From the NCBI GenBank assembly GCA_051362555.1, contig CM120646.1:21080001-21144000 (forward strand): a stretch of DNA of 64,000 nt, in the 5' to 3' direction. The stretch's first letter is position 1, and every line of letters starts with the position of its first letter. The translations under genes and the position numbers were made by a program. Origin of the DNA: Lingula anatina (Eukaryota; Animalia; Brachiopoda). Below are positions 26,358 to 39,800 of the stretch, one piece after another. The notes beneath the pieces were generated by a model, which saw only the letters and a program-made list of their open reading frames with translations, did not search any database and was not told the origin of the DNA.

Positions 26358-29300
26358 GTAAGTGGACTTTTTTGTTAAGCACATTTTTGTTTCAACTTAT
26401 AAATTGCTGAAAAGCTTGTTCATGTTCACCGGTTGTTGCGGCGTGCGCCATATGGCTTGTGCTCTTTGTCTACCTCCAGCTTTCGTTACTCTTAAAGAAG
26501 GCATTCAGTTGGTGTGGTCTCATTCACTGTATCAGGCATATTTGCGATGAACCGCTACTGCACTTAGTAAGCGATCTACTCTCAGAAGCGTAATGCGGTG
26601 AAACTACCAGCTGTTTGCGCAAGCTTGCGTAAGCAGTCAGCTTCACGTTCTTAGACCAGGCTTTCTACCGCAGAGCTCACTTGAAGACTGTTCCAGCCTT
26701 TATTCTGCTGGCATGAGATAGAGGGAGTGAGGGCACATCAACAACATGTCCCCATCGGATACAGTTCCTAACAAAATTCACGCATCCCTTGCAATGTTTT
26801 CACACATGGTTCTCAATAGCTTCACGGCGGTACCTGATTGCACCGTATTATATAACGGCCCTGTATCTAACTAGCCCTGATCAAAGAGCTTGTCTTCTGG
26901 AATTAAATCAGATATGTTTTTCAAATGAGAAACGAAAACAGAGCCAGAGTTTTCACGCAGAGAATCTCCGAGTCTTTCAAGTGCCTTGGCGACAAGGAGA
27001 GGCGGGAATAAATGGTAGACGGTAGTTTATGTGACGTCACAGCCACAAAACAAACTTGGGAAGAATTTCCTTCCACGACCTCCTGGACCGTTACAATTAT
27101 TATACCTCAATCTAAATGTTGAAGTAAGTGCCCTAACCAAATAGTTAGATGCGGTTTTTGTCAACGGTTTCTTAGGTTTTCGCGCGCAGCTACACTGATA
27201 TATCAGTCTGCAGGAATAAAGTAAATAAATATTGAAGAGAGGGGGAATCTGGAGTTACGGCTTTGCCGCCAAATATCAAATTCAAACAACAACATGTAGC
27301 ACTCAATACAATGTACGAAGCTAATTATTGCAATAACTTTGTTCAGACATCAAATGGTATGTCAAACGCGCCGGCAGAGCAGACGCTCGTTATCCAGCGG
27401 AAGACGAAAAAATTGAACAAATTAAGCCCAAATGCCTGCGGTAAGTTTTTACTAACTTACTTATCGTCCTTTAACCTTCTTGCCCACTAAAACGTGATAG
27501 AAATTAGTCAATGGCCCAACGAAAACCTTGTAGACAAAACACGGGATTTTTGACTCCATTTCTAGTTCACAAGTGGTAACTTGTATAGGAAGAATAATGG
27601 TTTCTATTTTTATTAATTTGTATCTTTTTTTCTCTCAAATATAGCTGTCATATTTTCTGCAGCTCTCGCTAATTAAATACCTCTTGAATTTTTATTATTT
27701 TTTAAAATTAAAAACATTCTCGGTTAGACCACATCTACCACCGCGCCCTCTACAGTCCTAATTCCGCGTGTAACTACGGGCAAAAACTTCTAAAATTCGC
27801 AAGTAATGACTGATATCAGTTTCCCTGCCAACACGGACTGGGCAGAAGTTTATGAATGAAAAAGGTTATTCAGTTTAGTTAAAAGTCAACCCGCCGCCCA
27901 CTCGTCCGTTTTCATTTGGAAGTGTTACCCGTTAAGTAGTAAAGCAGATCCTTGAACAGGAAATGCCAAAATACGTTGGCCTCTTTGCTTTCAGAAATTG
28001 ACACTGGGGTTGCGCTCCCAGCGCGTGCTTGAATGTCTTCATTGGCCATGGTGAGAGAGCCAGGTTAACGTGTTGTCTGGCTGGCATTGTGGTTGACTGC
28101 AAGCTTCAAGCTCCCCTTTCAATGGAGACGTGTGCCTGCACGCCAATTCACGACAACGCCCTGTTGATATATTTTCTTTGCGTGACCTCAGTCATTTGAC
28201 CTCAGGTCTTTTGGTCGCAGTTTCCAATACCATATACGAAGTAGCATTCCACCAAACACTTGCTTTTAAATTAAACCAATCTGCAGGAACAAAGCGACGG
28301 CTTTGGTATCACTTACGTATAACTATAAACAGTCTGCAACGGTGGTTTTGGACAAAATGGATTTGTTATGTGAGTGAAACAATTATAATGTGGTCGCCTT
28401 ATCAAGTCGACTTTGCATTACAATTTATTTAAATTAATGTTTGAAAGTGACTATACACATAAAATAAATCAAAATAACTGCTTTCCAAACAGATGCAATT
28501 ACTCTCACTAGGGTGACGGATTATTGTGTCACAATGGGTCAATCTTAGTTAACTGCTCGATGAAAATTCCTTTAACTTGCTACACCACGGCACCAAATTC
28601 CAGAACAGCCACAAACCAACGATCTGCTGTCTGTCGGAGACAGAACCAGCCGTTGTTCCAAATTATTCGCGCAGTGGCAAAAAACACAGACGCGTTATTG
28701 CCAAAGAATGCCTTGGTGTCAACACAATCAGCAGCGCTTTCCTTCAGAACACTTGCCTATTGTGTTTGAGCTCTGCCGCTCATGGCCAAAAGTCTAAGTC
28801 GTGCCGAACGGCAAGATGGCGGCCAGTGGAGCGTGCATAATAGCTACTTCGGTCAAAATAATTGTATTCCTGCAACACATTTGGAAAGTCGCTGAAGTTC
28901 TGTCTGTTTACTCTTCTGTTTGTGCTTATAACTTTCACATTCTGGGAGCTCAGTAATTACAAAAGAATAGCAGGGCAAATGCTAGACCTTGAAAGGCTTT
29001 GGCAAACAAAAAGTATTTTTAAAAGACGTATAAAGGGCAACAGACAAAAATATGACAGACCACCCCACCCCTTTGTTTATTTTATCTATTTCTATCAGTG
29101 TATTATATTTTGTAGTACCAAAAACTCCCATTAAGGGTATCAGTAGGTAAGTTGTAGATACCTGTGACGAAGGTAATTAAATTAGTTCACCGATGTTATT
29201 ACCGAACCAAGGTGTAACAGACACTGACAAACACAACCTTCCACATCCAGGTGCCCTTCGTGGTATAATTAAGATATAAAAGGTCATCTGAGGTGATAGC

Positions 29301-32300
29301 AGGGCATATTTCGTTGTATTTCCTCTAAAGTTCCATCCTCCCCTACGGTGACCTTTCCATAGAAGTTGTTGTAAATGTAGATTTGGAGATATCCGAAATG
29401 ATGTTCTTGTTACACTTGAAGAAAAACATGTGGAAGCTGTGCAGGGAATTCTATTGTCAAGAGGTTTTCTTTCTCCGTGATATCCGTATGTCTGCCAAAG
29501 TTATAAAGTGAAATATGGTTGGTCAAAAGAATTTAAATCACTAGCTACAGTGCCATTGAACTCCGAGTACACAGTTTAAGCAATGCAGTGGTTGGTAGAG
29601 AAAAAGGGGTACAGGCGGTCATTCATAAGATCTGCTTCACTTTTTACATTCGGTTGCTTTAGTGATAGGTTTAGGGCCTGTATACCTCTTAAATTTTGTT
29701 TTGATTTAATTCCTGATTTATTTATCCTGCACTGGTATGAGTCATCGTCTGCAAGAACATGTGCTTTAGGATTTTTGTAGCCACCGACAGTGAAGTATTT
29801 TGAAAACGTGTTTGCCCTTAATGTGACGTACTTGCCAACTCGTTTTCTTTCGTGTTTCTATTTTTTTTCTATAAAAAATGTGCATTTTTCAAGGATACTA
29901 CGCTGCAAACTTCGCAAAGCCAGGTCCAAATTCATTTCAACGACAAACACTTGTCGTGCTTTCACGTGCGTGAAGCTAGTATTTTCATTTAGATTACCAC
30001 GTTAACCTTAAAGAAACTACGCCCTAATCTGAAATATCTGGTCCAATCACATTTTAATCAAACAGTCAGTGCGGGGTACACGTTGATTTAATCCGCGGTT
30101 GACAAGCAGTGGTCTCGCGCCAAAATGTGAACGCGCAGACTCTATCTTGTTTACAAAAGACACGACTTAAAGTTGATTAGTTTTTAAATCATTTCAAAGT
30201 AGCCCTTACAGCAATTTTTCTTAAAGTTAGACAGTCATTTTCAACGAAACCGAAACACTCTGTCCACGAGTCGGTCACGTGTGCCCCAACATTTTACGTA
30301 ATTCACTTTAACGTTTTAATTTCAAGAGCCTTTCATCGAAGCTAGGTAATCTAATTTAATGGCTTTAAACAAGCTGTCGAGAAGCAGTCACTAACCAATT
30401 TCAACGACGACTTCCAAAGAAAGGCAGTCGATAGGGTGAAAAAGGGCAGACGACAGAAGAAAAAAACTTGTGTTTCTTAATTGTGCGAGATTTTGCAAGA
30501 AATCAAATTTCGCACAGGCCGCGACTGGAATGTGAACCGGCCCGCCGCTTAGGTTCTCAAAAAATCTAACGTTACAACCATCGTTTCATTGATAACGTAC
30601 TCAAATCTGCAATAGGCTTAAATAATATAAAGCTTAAACTTCAGAAGTCAATTGACAGGATAAATACGAAATGTATGTTCATTTATATCTGACCTTGGGC
30701 ACTGCAATTTGATTTTTAAAACTAGAGAAACACAATTATTACATCGATGAACGTCCTGCTGTATCTTTTTTGTTTTCTCCTTCAACTGAAACCGAGGTGA
30801 AATCTTGATTGAAAGTTAAAGGCAATTTAAGTGACTCCACCGTATGTACAGACAAGTGCTATTTGAGTGGAATTTGAACCTTATTTCCTAAATTATACCA
30901 ATGCAAACTGACCCGAATTCAGGAGGTTAAACGTTTCCCTTTAATTATTAACGCTGGTTAAGGTCCCATTTCTTTACGCGTATATATACATTGCAACAGA
31001 CAGAGAAAGAATGGGCGGGGAAGGGGGGGGGGGCGACGGGCAAACGCTGTGGGGAACTTCATTCGCTTCCGCTAACTGATTACTTTTCCACCCCAGGTCC
31101 AAATCATTTTCAGGATCAAGTTGTCGAGACGACTTATCAAATTTATGCTCCTTAGTAAAGATAAACATGGCTCGGGTGTTGCCATGGAAACGTTAATTTT
31201 TTCAAAACACCAGTAATCCCCTGCATAACGTGCCCGGGGCGCGGAGACAAGATTGGGTTTCAGAATGGTCTGAGATTTTCTTAATTTAACGAGGTTCAGC
31301 TGACGCTGAGAATGTAACGTTTTTTCAAGACCCCTTTCGCACGCGTTGTCGTGTTTTCACAGTCTCGGCAGCCTTGTAGGCTGTAATATAGTGCAGACTA
31401 CCACAACAGCTACCTACCAAGTCTGTTAAATAATCAGGCGCTGCCTGTTATTTCAATATATTGAAAGAAGAGAAGCACGTGTCGTTTAATGTCATAGACA
31501 AACGCGGACCGATTAAGTGAATTTTACCCATTGACAATATTACAGGGGATGTAAGTGGTCTCCAAAACAAATTATCCCATCAAATTACAAGACCGTCGGT
31601 GGTACTACATGTTCCTTGCTGCATTGGTCGTCGTTAAAATGTTAACACAAGGAAATTGAGTAATGCATTGTAAACAAGTTATGATAAGTGACTCAGTCGA
31701 CTGATAAATTACGATATATCACCACACAATTGACCAACTCCCAAACCACTGTACTACTGCTGATGATACACAAATGAGGCCATGTAAACAATGTGCGTGT
31801 TATTGAAGTAGAAACATATGGACCTCCTAGCGTTCGTGGTATTTCTCTCTTTCTCTCTCTCTCACACACACACATTTGGCGCATGATAATCATTTAGTTT
31901 TTGTCATGAAAGACCAATTTTGGTGCATTAATTTTTTTTTTATTATAACTAAACGTGTAGTCCCATCGACCAGGGGACTGAAAAGAAAAGAACAAGAACC
32001 AGAAAGCCAGAAAACTTTTAGTCAAAAACACACCTCGTGTACGGTTTGAATTTCAACCACTGACCACAATCAAGCGAATCAAGGGAACGGGTTTCAAAGT
32101 TAATCTCATGGGCCGCTGCTTGAACTGCATTGAACGACGCTATAAAAACACATTGAAAGAGCGGAGCAAAGTCACAACGCCGCCTCCAAATTCTTTCATG
32201 CCCATTTATCAAATTATTTCCGCTGTGTTTCAGACATGTTTGCAGTTAAGTAACTTTGCCAGTCGTTTGAGCCCCGAACAAGTTTTCGTCTCGAAAACAG

Positions 32301-32407
32301 ATTTTTCTTCATCCTTTTTTCACGCTTCATAACTCTTAAACATGTCCATAGAGACCGGTATAACAAACGTCTTGCTTGCATACTGGGAACTGCTATTCTG
32401 TTGTCAA

Positions 32408-32438
<31 letters not shown>

Positions 32439-35400
32439 CGCAAAATTAAAAGAATAAGCTGTTGAGAGTACTCTGTTAACGATGTAATAACAGTGGTCGG
32501 TTTATGTGTTATAATTAATTGGGAGATAAAGGTGGACTCGACTACTTGGTGCAATTCCACTTAATCACTTTGGTATGTAACCATTCTAAATTAACACCTA
32601 AATCCATGGGGTTCATCTTCCTGAAAATGTTTACAGAATCACGTACATGTGCACTGTATGTTGCATAGCAAAATCAATGCTGATTCAATATGTTGATACA
32701 AATATAAACAATAAAATTACTCTCTCTATATATATTATTTATAATTTAATCATAATATTCCTAGGATATTTTCCACAAATCAGTGAGGAATTTTTGAGAA
32801 TTATCTTATCAAGGTCAATGTTTTGGGCCCACATGATCAATCGCAGATGTGCCAATCCATCAACAACAATGCGTCAACCGGTGTCTGAGTATCTCATTTT
32901 GGCAAAGACCTTATTTCGTTTACTGACGTTGTCGTGCACGTGATACCCAACACCAGTTGAAAATATCCCCCTGAATAAATTCTTACGTTCGTACTGGTTC
33001 AAATCTGGCCTTTCTACCTCACGGATCAAATTATAATCTACATGATTTTAATCTTTATACTACCATGCACAGTACAAATACATGTACGTTGATACATTTC
33101 AACACAAAAACATCCCGTTTTAAAGAACTCCATTTCGTAGTAGCGAACCCCGCCCGACCTTCACGTGATGGTTGTTTGGAAAGACAACAGCAGTCTTGAG
33201 CCCTGCTTACCATACATCACCGGAGAAAACCTTTAAACAATCATGACTGCACCGTACTAATGGTCTGTAATGGCGAATTCGATGTTTGGACCCGCTGAAG
33301 TGTCTGGAACGTAAAAGGACCAATCAAATAGAAATGAGCGACCACGTGATTTGAGAGGAATCTGTAGAAAAGACCCCACCTAACGCGCGGCACTCGGGGA
33401 CAGATACTGAGGAGAATTCTCGAAGAACGCACGAAGATGGTGATCCCTGCGATGAAAGAGCTAATTTCCAGAGAAAATGTCAGGGTAGAAGCGAGTCCAG
33501 ACTCTCGGCAATCTGAACGTCACGTGACACGAAAGTGGGTGGCAACTGTGATACAGCCAACATGAAAATGGTAGGTTTTGCATCGCAAATATAAGATAAA
33601 AACAACGTTTGTAGCTTTTGCACTATGGAGAAGGCAGACCGATTTCAAAGTGATCAGACATTTAACAACTACTTTGTTTTGTTACACTTAAAGTGGAATT
33701 TCAAACGCAGCAACACTTAAACGTGACAAAACGCTGACTACAAAGCACTACTTTATTAACTGTAAGGTTAAGAAGTGACAATTTTTCATTATTTTCACAA
33801 CATTGTTCCTTGTTGTCTCAGGGTAATGGTGACTAAATTTTGGGAGAAAGTTGAAGACACTTTCTTTAAGAGGGGCGTTAACGCGTCGTTCGATGACTAG
33901 AGAAACGAAATCACGTTACGAAGCTGAGGAAATTCCTCAAATAATTCTCTTTTAAGATATTTAAAATATAAAGCGGAAAATTCCACTTAAGACGAGAACA
34001 GTGTAGGTATAGTCCAACGTATTGTATACCGTATAAAATGAGCCTGCAACCCCTTAAGTTATCAATGTGGTTTTCCGAGCCGCGTATCCGGTAGCTCGTA
34101 AGCTGCCACGTAGCACTAAAACTTTACTGCTCGGTTGGGCACGGTTTATTTCAGCGAGAAATTGTTAAATGGGAATTGTGAACTTTAGAAGCTCTACTCG
34201 CTTCGTTCGCAGCGGGTGAGAACCCGTTGCTGAGGTTAAAATAGAAAGCAGTTGTGGAAACCCCATAAAAAACTCGTGAACAATCCAAAACTCTGTCACT
34301 TGTTGCACCAGCCTGTCAAATAATATCCCAGGTGGAGGAAAGTGATGACGTAGAATACGATCTGAACTCGCGTGTAGTGTGCAGTCTCTCTTCTGGGGTT
34401 GTTGAATATTACACATTCTGCAGAGCGGCTTCGGAGTGTCACACAAAGTGTAGGGAACTCACTGATATTGAAAACAGGTGGCCCAGAAAACTTGTTGCAC
34501 ACATTTACCACATTGGACATTAAACTACGGTTTCCCAGGCGTATCTGATTTCATCAAGCGCCCAAAAAACGCCGCGGCTCTCCCCAAGCTCAGCTGTCTC
34601 CTTACTAAAGCAATATTTTCAAGAATTAAAATGTATCGCACGGCAAATGCATTTCATTCTCTCATCATTATATGAAATGAATGATAATTCGGTATGAACA
34701 AATTCCACAGACATCACTGAGGACAGGGCAGTATGAAACGCGAAATAATGCATTGGCATCCATGTTTAACCTCACGCTGACCTTTTAGAAGGCTGTCTGA
34801 CAGCTCGCGTAAACTTCCCCTCGTATGTTGTGGTCTGTACAGACGGCATATTTATAGACTTTCGTGTCGGCGTTTCCCGCCACCAAATGCTCTTGAGCTC
34901 TGTTTTCTGTTTCCATGGGGATTATGATCTGAAAAGAAACATGTTTTGAAAACATGCTTTCGATGGAGTAGGCATAGGATACAGGGCACGCTAAGCGTAA
35001 TTCTACCATAATTCGAAACTAAAAGGCATATATTACACCTGAAATTACACGCTTGCTGAATGATAACGATGACCGCACGTACAATGAGTTAATCCACTAT
35101 GACTAATTGTTATGACTAATTGTTTTCATTTTGAAATACCTATTATTGCTTTAATTTCAACTGGTCAAAACCCTAAAAGATGGTGATAGGAAAAAAAGGA
35201 GAGAAACTTCGAGCTTCACAAGTTGACAGGGACTAAATATACAATCGTTCTTTCCAGAAAAGCGAAGCTGTGTCTTCGATGGGAGGCTTTACACTCATGG
35301 CGAGGTCGTGAAGCCGTATTCTGACAAATGTATTGAATGTAGCTGCAAGGACGGACAGTTCGCCTGTATTACTCTCTCTTGTGATATGCCCAACTGCCCC

Positions 35401-36786
35401 ATTGATGATGCCTATGTCCCCCTTGGTGAATGTTGTTTGGTTTGCCCAGGTACATTTCACCTAACTTTTGCACAATCTTTGTTTTACTGGCAACCGGATG
35501 CAAAGGCTCTCTAAATTTTTTTTAAATCAAAGGTCCGAACTGAATGTAGCTGCTTTGCATTTTCTTGTGGATTACAATTACAGATGATTGCACACGCAAT
35601 CATTCTGAACACAGGAAATAACTCCCTTCTTATGTCAAATTTACAGTTGCCATCATTCTAATTCAAAATGTTTTTAAAACGGTAATCGCACATAGAGAGG
35701 CTTTTGCAACTGGTAGTTTTACTAACAAATTATATTTACTTTATACTTTGGCTTAATATATTTATTTTATCATAATTTGCACATTGATTGCTTTAAGTAA
35801 ATTGGCAAGAAAACTTTGATCTTGGAGTACAATATTGTTTTATTTATACAGTTTGATACTAACAAGCTTTACAATTTTATTCAACATTTTATTCACAAAG
35901 CTGTTAAATGTACTAAATTACATTGCCCGTTTTACATATCAAAGTTTATCACAACATCAGTTCATTCACACCTCAGACAAGTCAATGAGTGAATGATGGA
36001 TGAAAATGAATATTCAAAATTGATTTAAAACTACCAGCTGTGCATCTGTCAAAGGAATGGCATGCTTTTTATTTTGTAATTTTTATTTTGTCAAAATATT
36101 GTTTTTTTTTTTTTTTTGGATTTAGAACACCAACGCACACGTTTTTCAACTTGCACATACGTACCTTTCTTTCACTATTTTCCAATCAAGTCGCATTTCG
36201 ATGACCGAAACGTGACGTCACTATCACGAAACCCGTATGTGCCGTAGAAGTCACATGCATTGCAAGTCTTATGTAACCTTGCCTTTTTTGTGGTAATGCA
36301 CTCAACCATTGAACAGGAAACGAGGCACCATCCATCAACTGAATTCACTCCTTCACCTAGTTGGATATGACGTCACGGACTACTCTTTTATAACGCTTGT
36401 TAAACAACCCATCGTTTATGGTTTTATCATTTGCTTCCGGAAGATAACTACAATAAAACTCGCTTGCTTGAGCGGAATTTCTTTTTTAAATCAAATTAAT
36501 AATTGTATAAAAAACATCATCACAGCATGAAAAAAAAAAACTAACGCGCACATATAATATATATGACCTGAATGGATCGCGGCTTTTACATGCCCCTCCC
36601 ACTAATGGATTATTTTTCGGTTTAAGTTTCAGACAACAAGACTGCTGTGATAAACCAAAAATATTGGTTTATATAGGACAAATGATATTAAATATGAATA
36701 TTAGGTTTTCCTAACTGGGATTTCTTTTATTTTGTTTCAGGCGAGAAAAAGGCTCAAGATGACGCCGTACGTACTCTCTCCCCCCT

Positions 36787-36824
<38 letters not shown>

Positions 36825-39800
36825 TTCTTAATTTAACTTTGTAATTGCCTTTTAACTTAATGTTGATCATCGTTGTAAAATTGAAGAACGAGACTTGTTC
36901 ACTGAGGCAGCATTTTACTCGAAAAAAACTAATTCAATTTTAATTTAATTGTTTCAATTTTAAATGTTTGAGATGCGCCATGTATTTATATATTTGCAGA
37001 AGGAAGCGATGAGCGCATTCTTTGGTGACCTCGGACAAGAGGTAGGCATTTTTTTGGTGGAAGTTTCCAAATTTCGTGCCACAAAAGTTTCCCCAATACA
37101 TAAACTATTTCTTATTTCACCTTAAAAGACTGTAAGACGCATGCAAGTAAAAAAAATTACTCAAACATTTTTGCAATGTAAAGTAAACCATCATTGGTGC
37201 TTACCAGTGTGAAAATATCTTCATTGTGCAGTAATTAATTTTTTCGTGTATATTTCAGTTCGCACCAGGCAAGCGTGGTCCACGTGGACCAGAAGGAAAG
37301 CAAGGAGAGCAGGTATGTAGAATTTTCAAAAAAGAAATTTGATTCAGTTACTTTAACTTATCAAAACGCATTTTCGATGTCGCACCAAGAACCCTCGAGA
37401 CCATATCGAGCGTGCGATTACAATCCCATTTTCTTGGAAACGTCCTTCCCAACCAATGACCGCTTGTGACCCTCCGCTAAAATATTAGCCAATTGATTAT
37501 GATTTTGCTTTATTTGTAGGGTGACCCCGGATCTAATGGACTTCCAGGAGTTCCAGGCCCACCAGGTCCTCCAGGCTCTACTAGCGAGGTAGGTCACTTT
37601 CAAATACTCCATTAACAAACGTAATACAGCACAGTATCATAGTTGATATATATATACAAAGAATTATCATAAAAAGGCACCATATTTCTTAATATAGCAA
37701 ACATAAGATATTTTCCAAAGGCTACATAAGATAAGTTGCAAGATGCAACGGTTGGAAATTACAGAAAAAGTAAAACGAGTTGCATTTATTTGTATCATAT
37801 TGGAAAGAAAAACGAGGGAAGTGTTAGAACATCTCACGATTTTTGTTCAAAACGTTTTAAGTCCCTTGATAAGCAAAGTTAAAGATCTCAAACCAACGAA
37901 AAATTTTGTTGGCCCAACTGTGTTGTACATGGAATTAATTGATGTCAGCTACATGTAAGACTGATGTGAAGACGCTATTGTCTTCGTTTTCATGCAGTAC
38001 GCCTTGTACGTTTGATAAAAATAAGCACGATATCTGACTATATGCTAGTTCTCCATTGGTTTGTTGTATTCATAAAGCGTAGACCGCAACAAAACAAACA
38101 GAATGAATTATTATAGACGTTGCCAGTCACTAACAGCCATGCCCCGCTGTGTCTTCTACTTGTGATAATATCATGCAAGCCTGCTCGTTTTGTCTAGTGG
38201 TGGTCTCGTCGTCAAATTGGATTTAAACTTTTAGATCCTCGCGATGAGTGACTTTCCATTCCCAGTTTTGTATCTGTCTGCACCAAGAACTTTCTCTTGG
38301 TTTTTTTTCATATTAGCGTGATTGGGAAACATAAACACCGACTCTTGCCTGCACACATGCTGTGCGATTTTCCAAATAAAAAACGTTTTTGTCGACTTAT
38401 GGCAAGGCCCGACAACATGTTGTTTTTATTCCCGTATTCATGAGGGGTTGTTTTTCCAGCTACTTCTAGCCGCAGAACAAGTCAAAGTGTGCCTATTTTC
38501 TCTAGTAAATTGCGTCTGGAAGTGAAACTGATTAAGGTTACATCTGTTGAAATGACTTTTCAAATATTTGATAACGCTCATACGCTGCTTCGGATCGTAA
38601 CTGATTCAGCGTTCCCCGTCTGGGCCTTGTGAGAAAGCACATGCCTCTTTTAAAGAATGTTCCCGGGGTTAGGTCTGATCGTCCATCACCTTACCTCCTA
38701 CACTTCTAAAAGTCAGTGGAGGTGACTTTCTTGATCGGTTCTGAAATACGCGTAGTTAAGATGGAACTGTTAAGCGCTTAATGTCACCAAAACACTGAGA
38801 CTATTCAAATACCAACATCAGAACCAAGTGCAACTTAATGTTGTGGGTCAGAGAAGGTTTTCTAAGCAAGCTTGGGACCTGGTACGAAAGTTGGAACTTG
38901 GTTGAAACAAACTGGGTACCACAGCAGGGAGTTGCTCGGCTTTTATTTTGTCTGAATCACAATGGCAACGGGACTAATTCTTCTGATTTTGCTGACTTTT
39001 CAGACTGCTGATTCCTTTTACAAGAAGTTCATGGAGAGACAACAGGGTGACTTCAAGGGGCAGACCATGCCTGCTGGCACCGGGTACCTCCAAGCCCAAC
39101 AGGTAACATACCCGTTATGAATCAATTACTACTAACGCTCTAAATATGCTTAGAAGGGTCAGACAGACACCACCCGCCTCGGTTGTTTCAACGTGCATTA
39201 CACGAAGATTACATCTCCCGTCCCTGCTTAAAGATTATCCGATTGATGCAGTAACGTTGGCAACTTTTGTATATCTCACCATTTTGGGTTCTACCGTCAC
39301 GATCTAAAAGTTCCGATTACAGAAATATTTTGATATGCAGTCAATGCCAGTGTGTTTTGAATCCTCTGGGTTTACTGAACTTTGTCTCTCCTGTTCCTGG
39401 AAATGTATTTTCACTTATATTGCAATCCGTCTACTTCCTGCCTAAATAAACCTTTGTGAGATTACTTAATGACCCCTAAGCGTATACGTAAATGACTCTT
39501 TGGCTTATGAAAACAATTTTGTTTATGAAACTGTCAACTATTGCTTATACCAAACAGGGCAATACGTCATAATTAATAATGGTGAATAAATAATTCTTAA
39601 CTCTTCGCATATGGACAAGCAAATCTGCACATGAGCAACGCGTCGTCAGACGGCATACACAAACCATCGTAATAGACGTATAAGCAATTCAACGAAGCTT
39701 AATGATATGGCCCGTTACACTGGACGCAAATATGGAAAAATAAGTGATCGCTTTTAACGGTGCAGGGTATTTTTTTATACTCGCGTAAACTACATCGACA

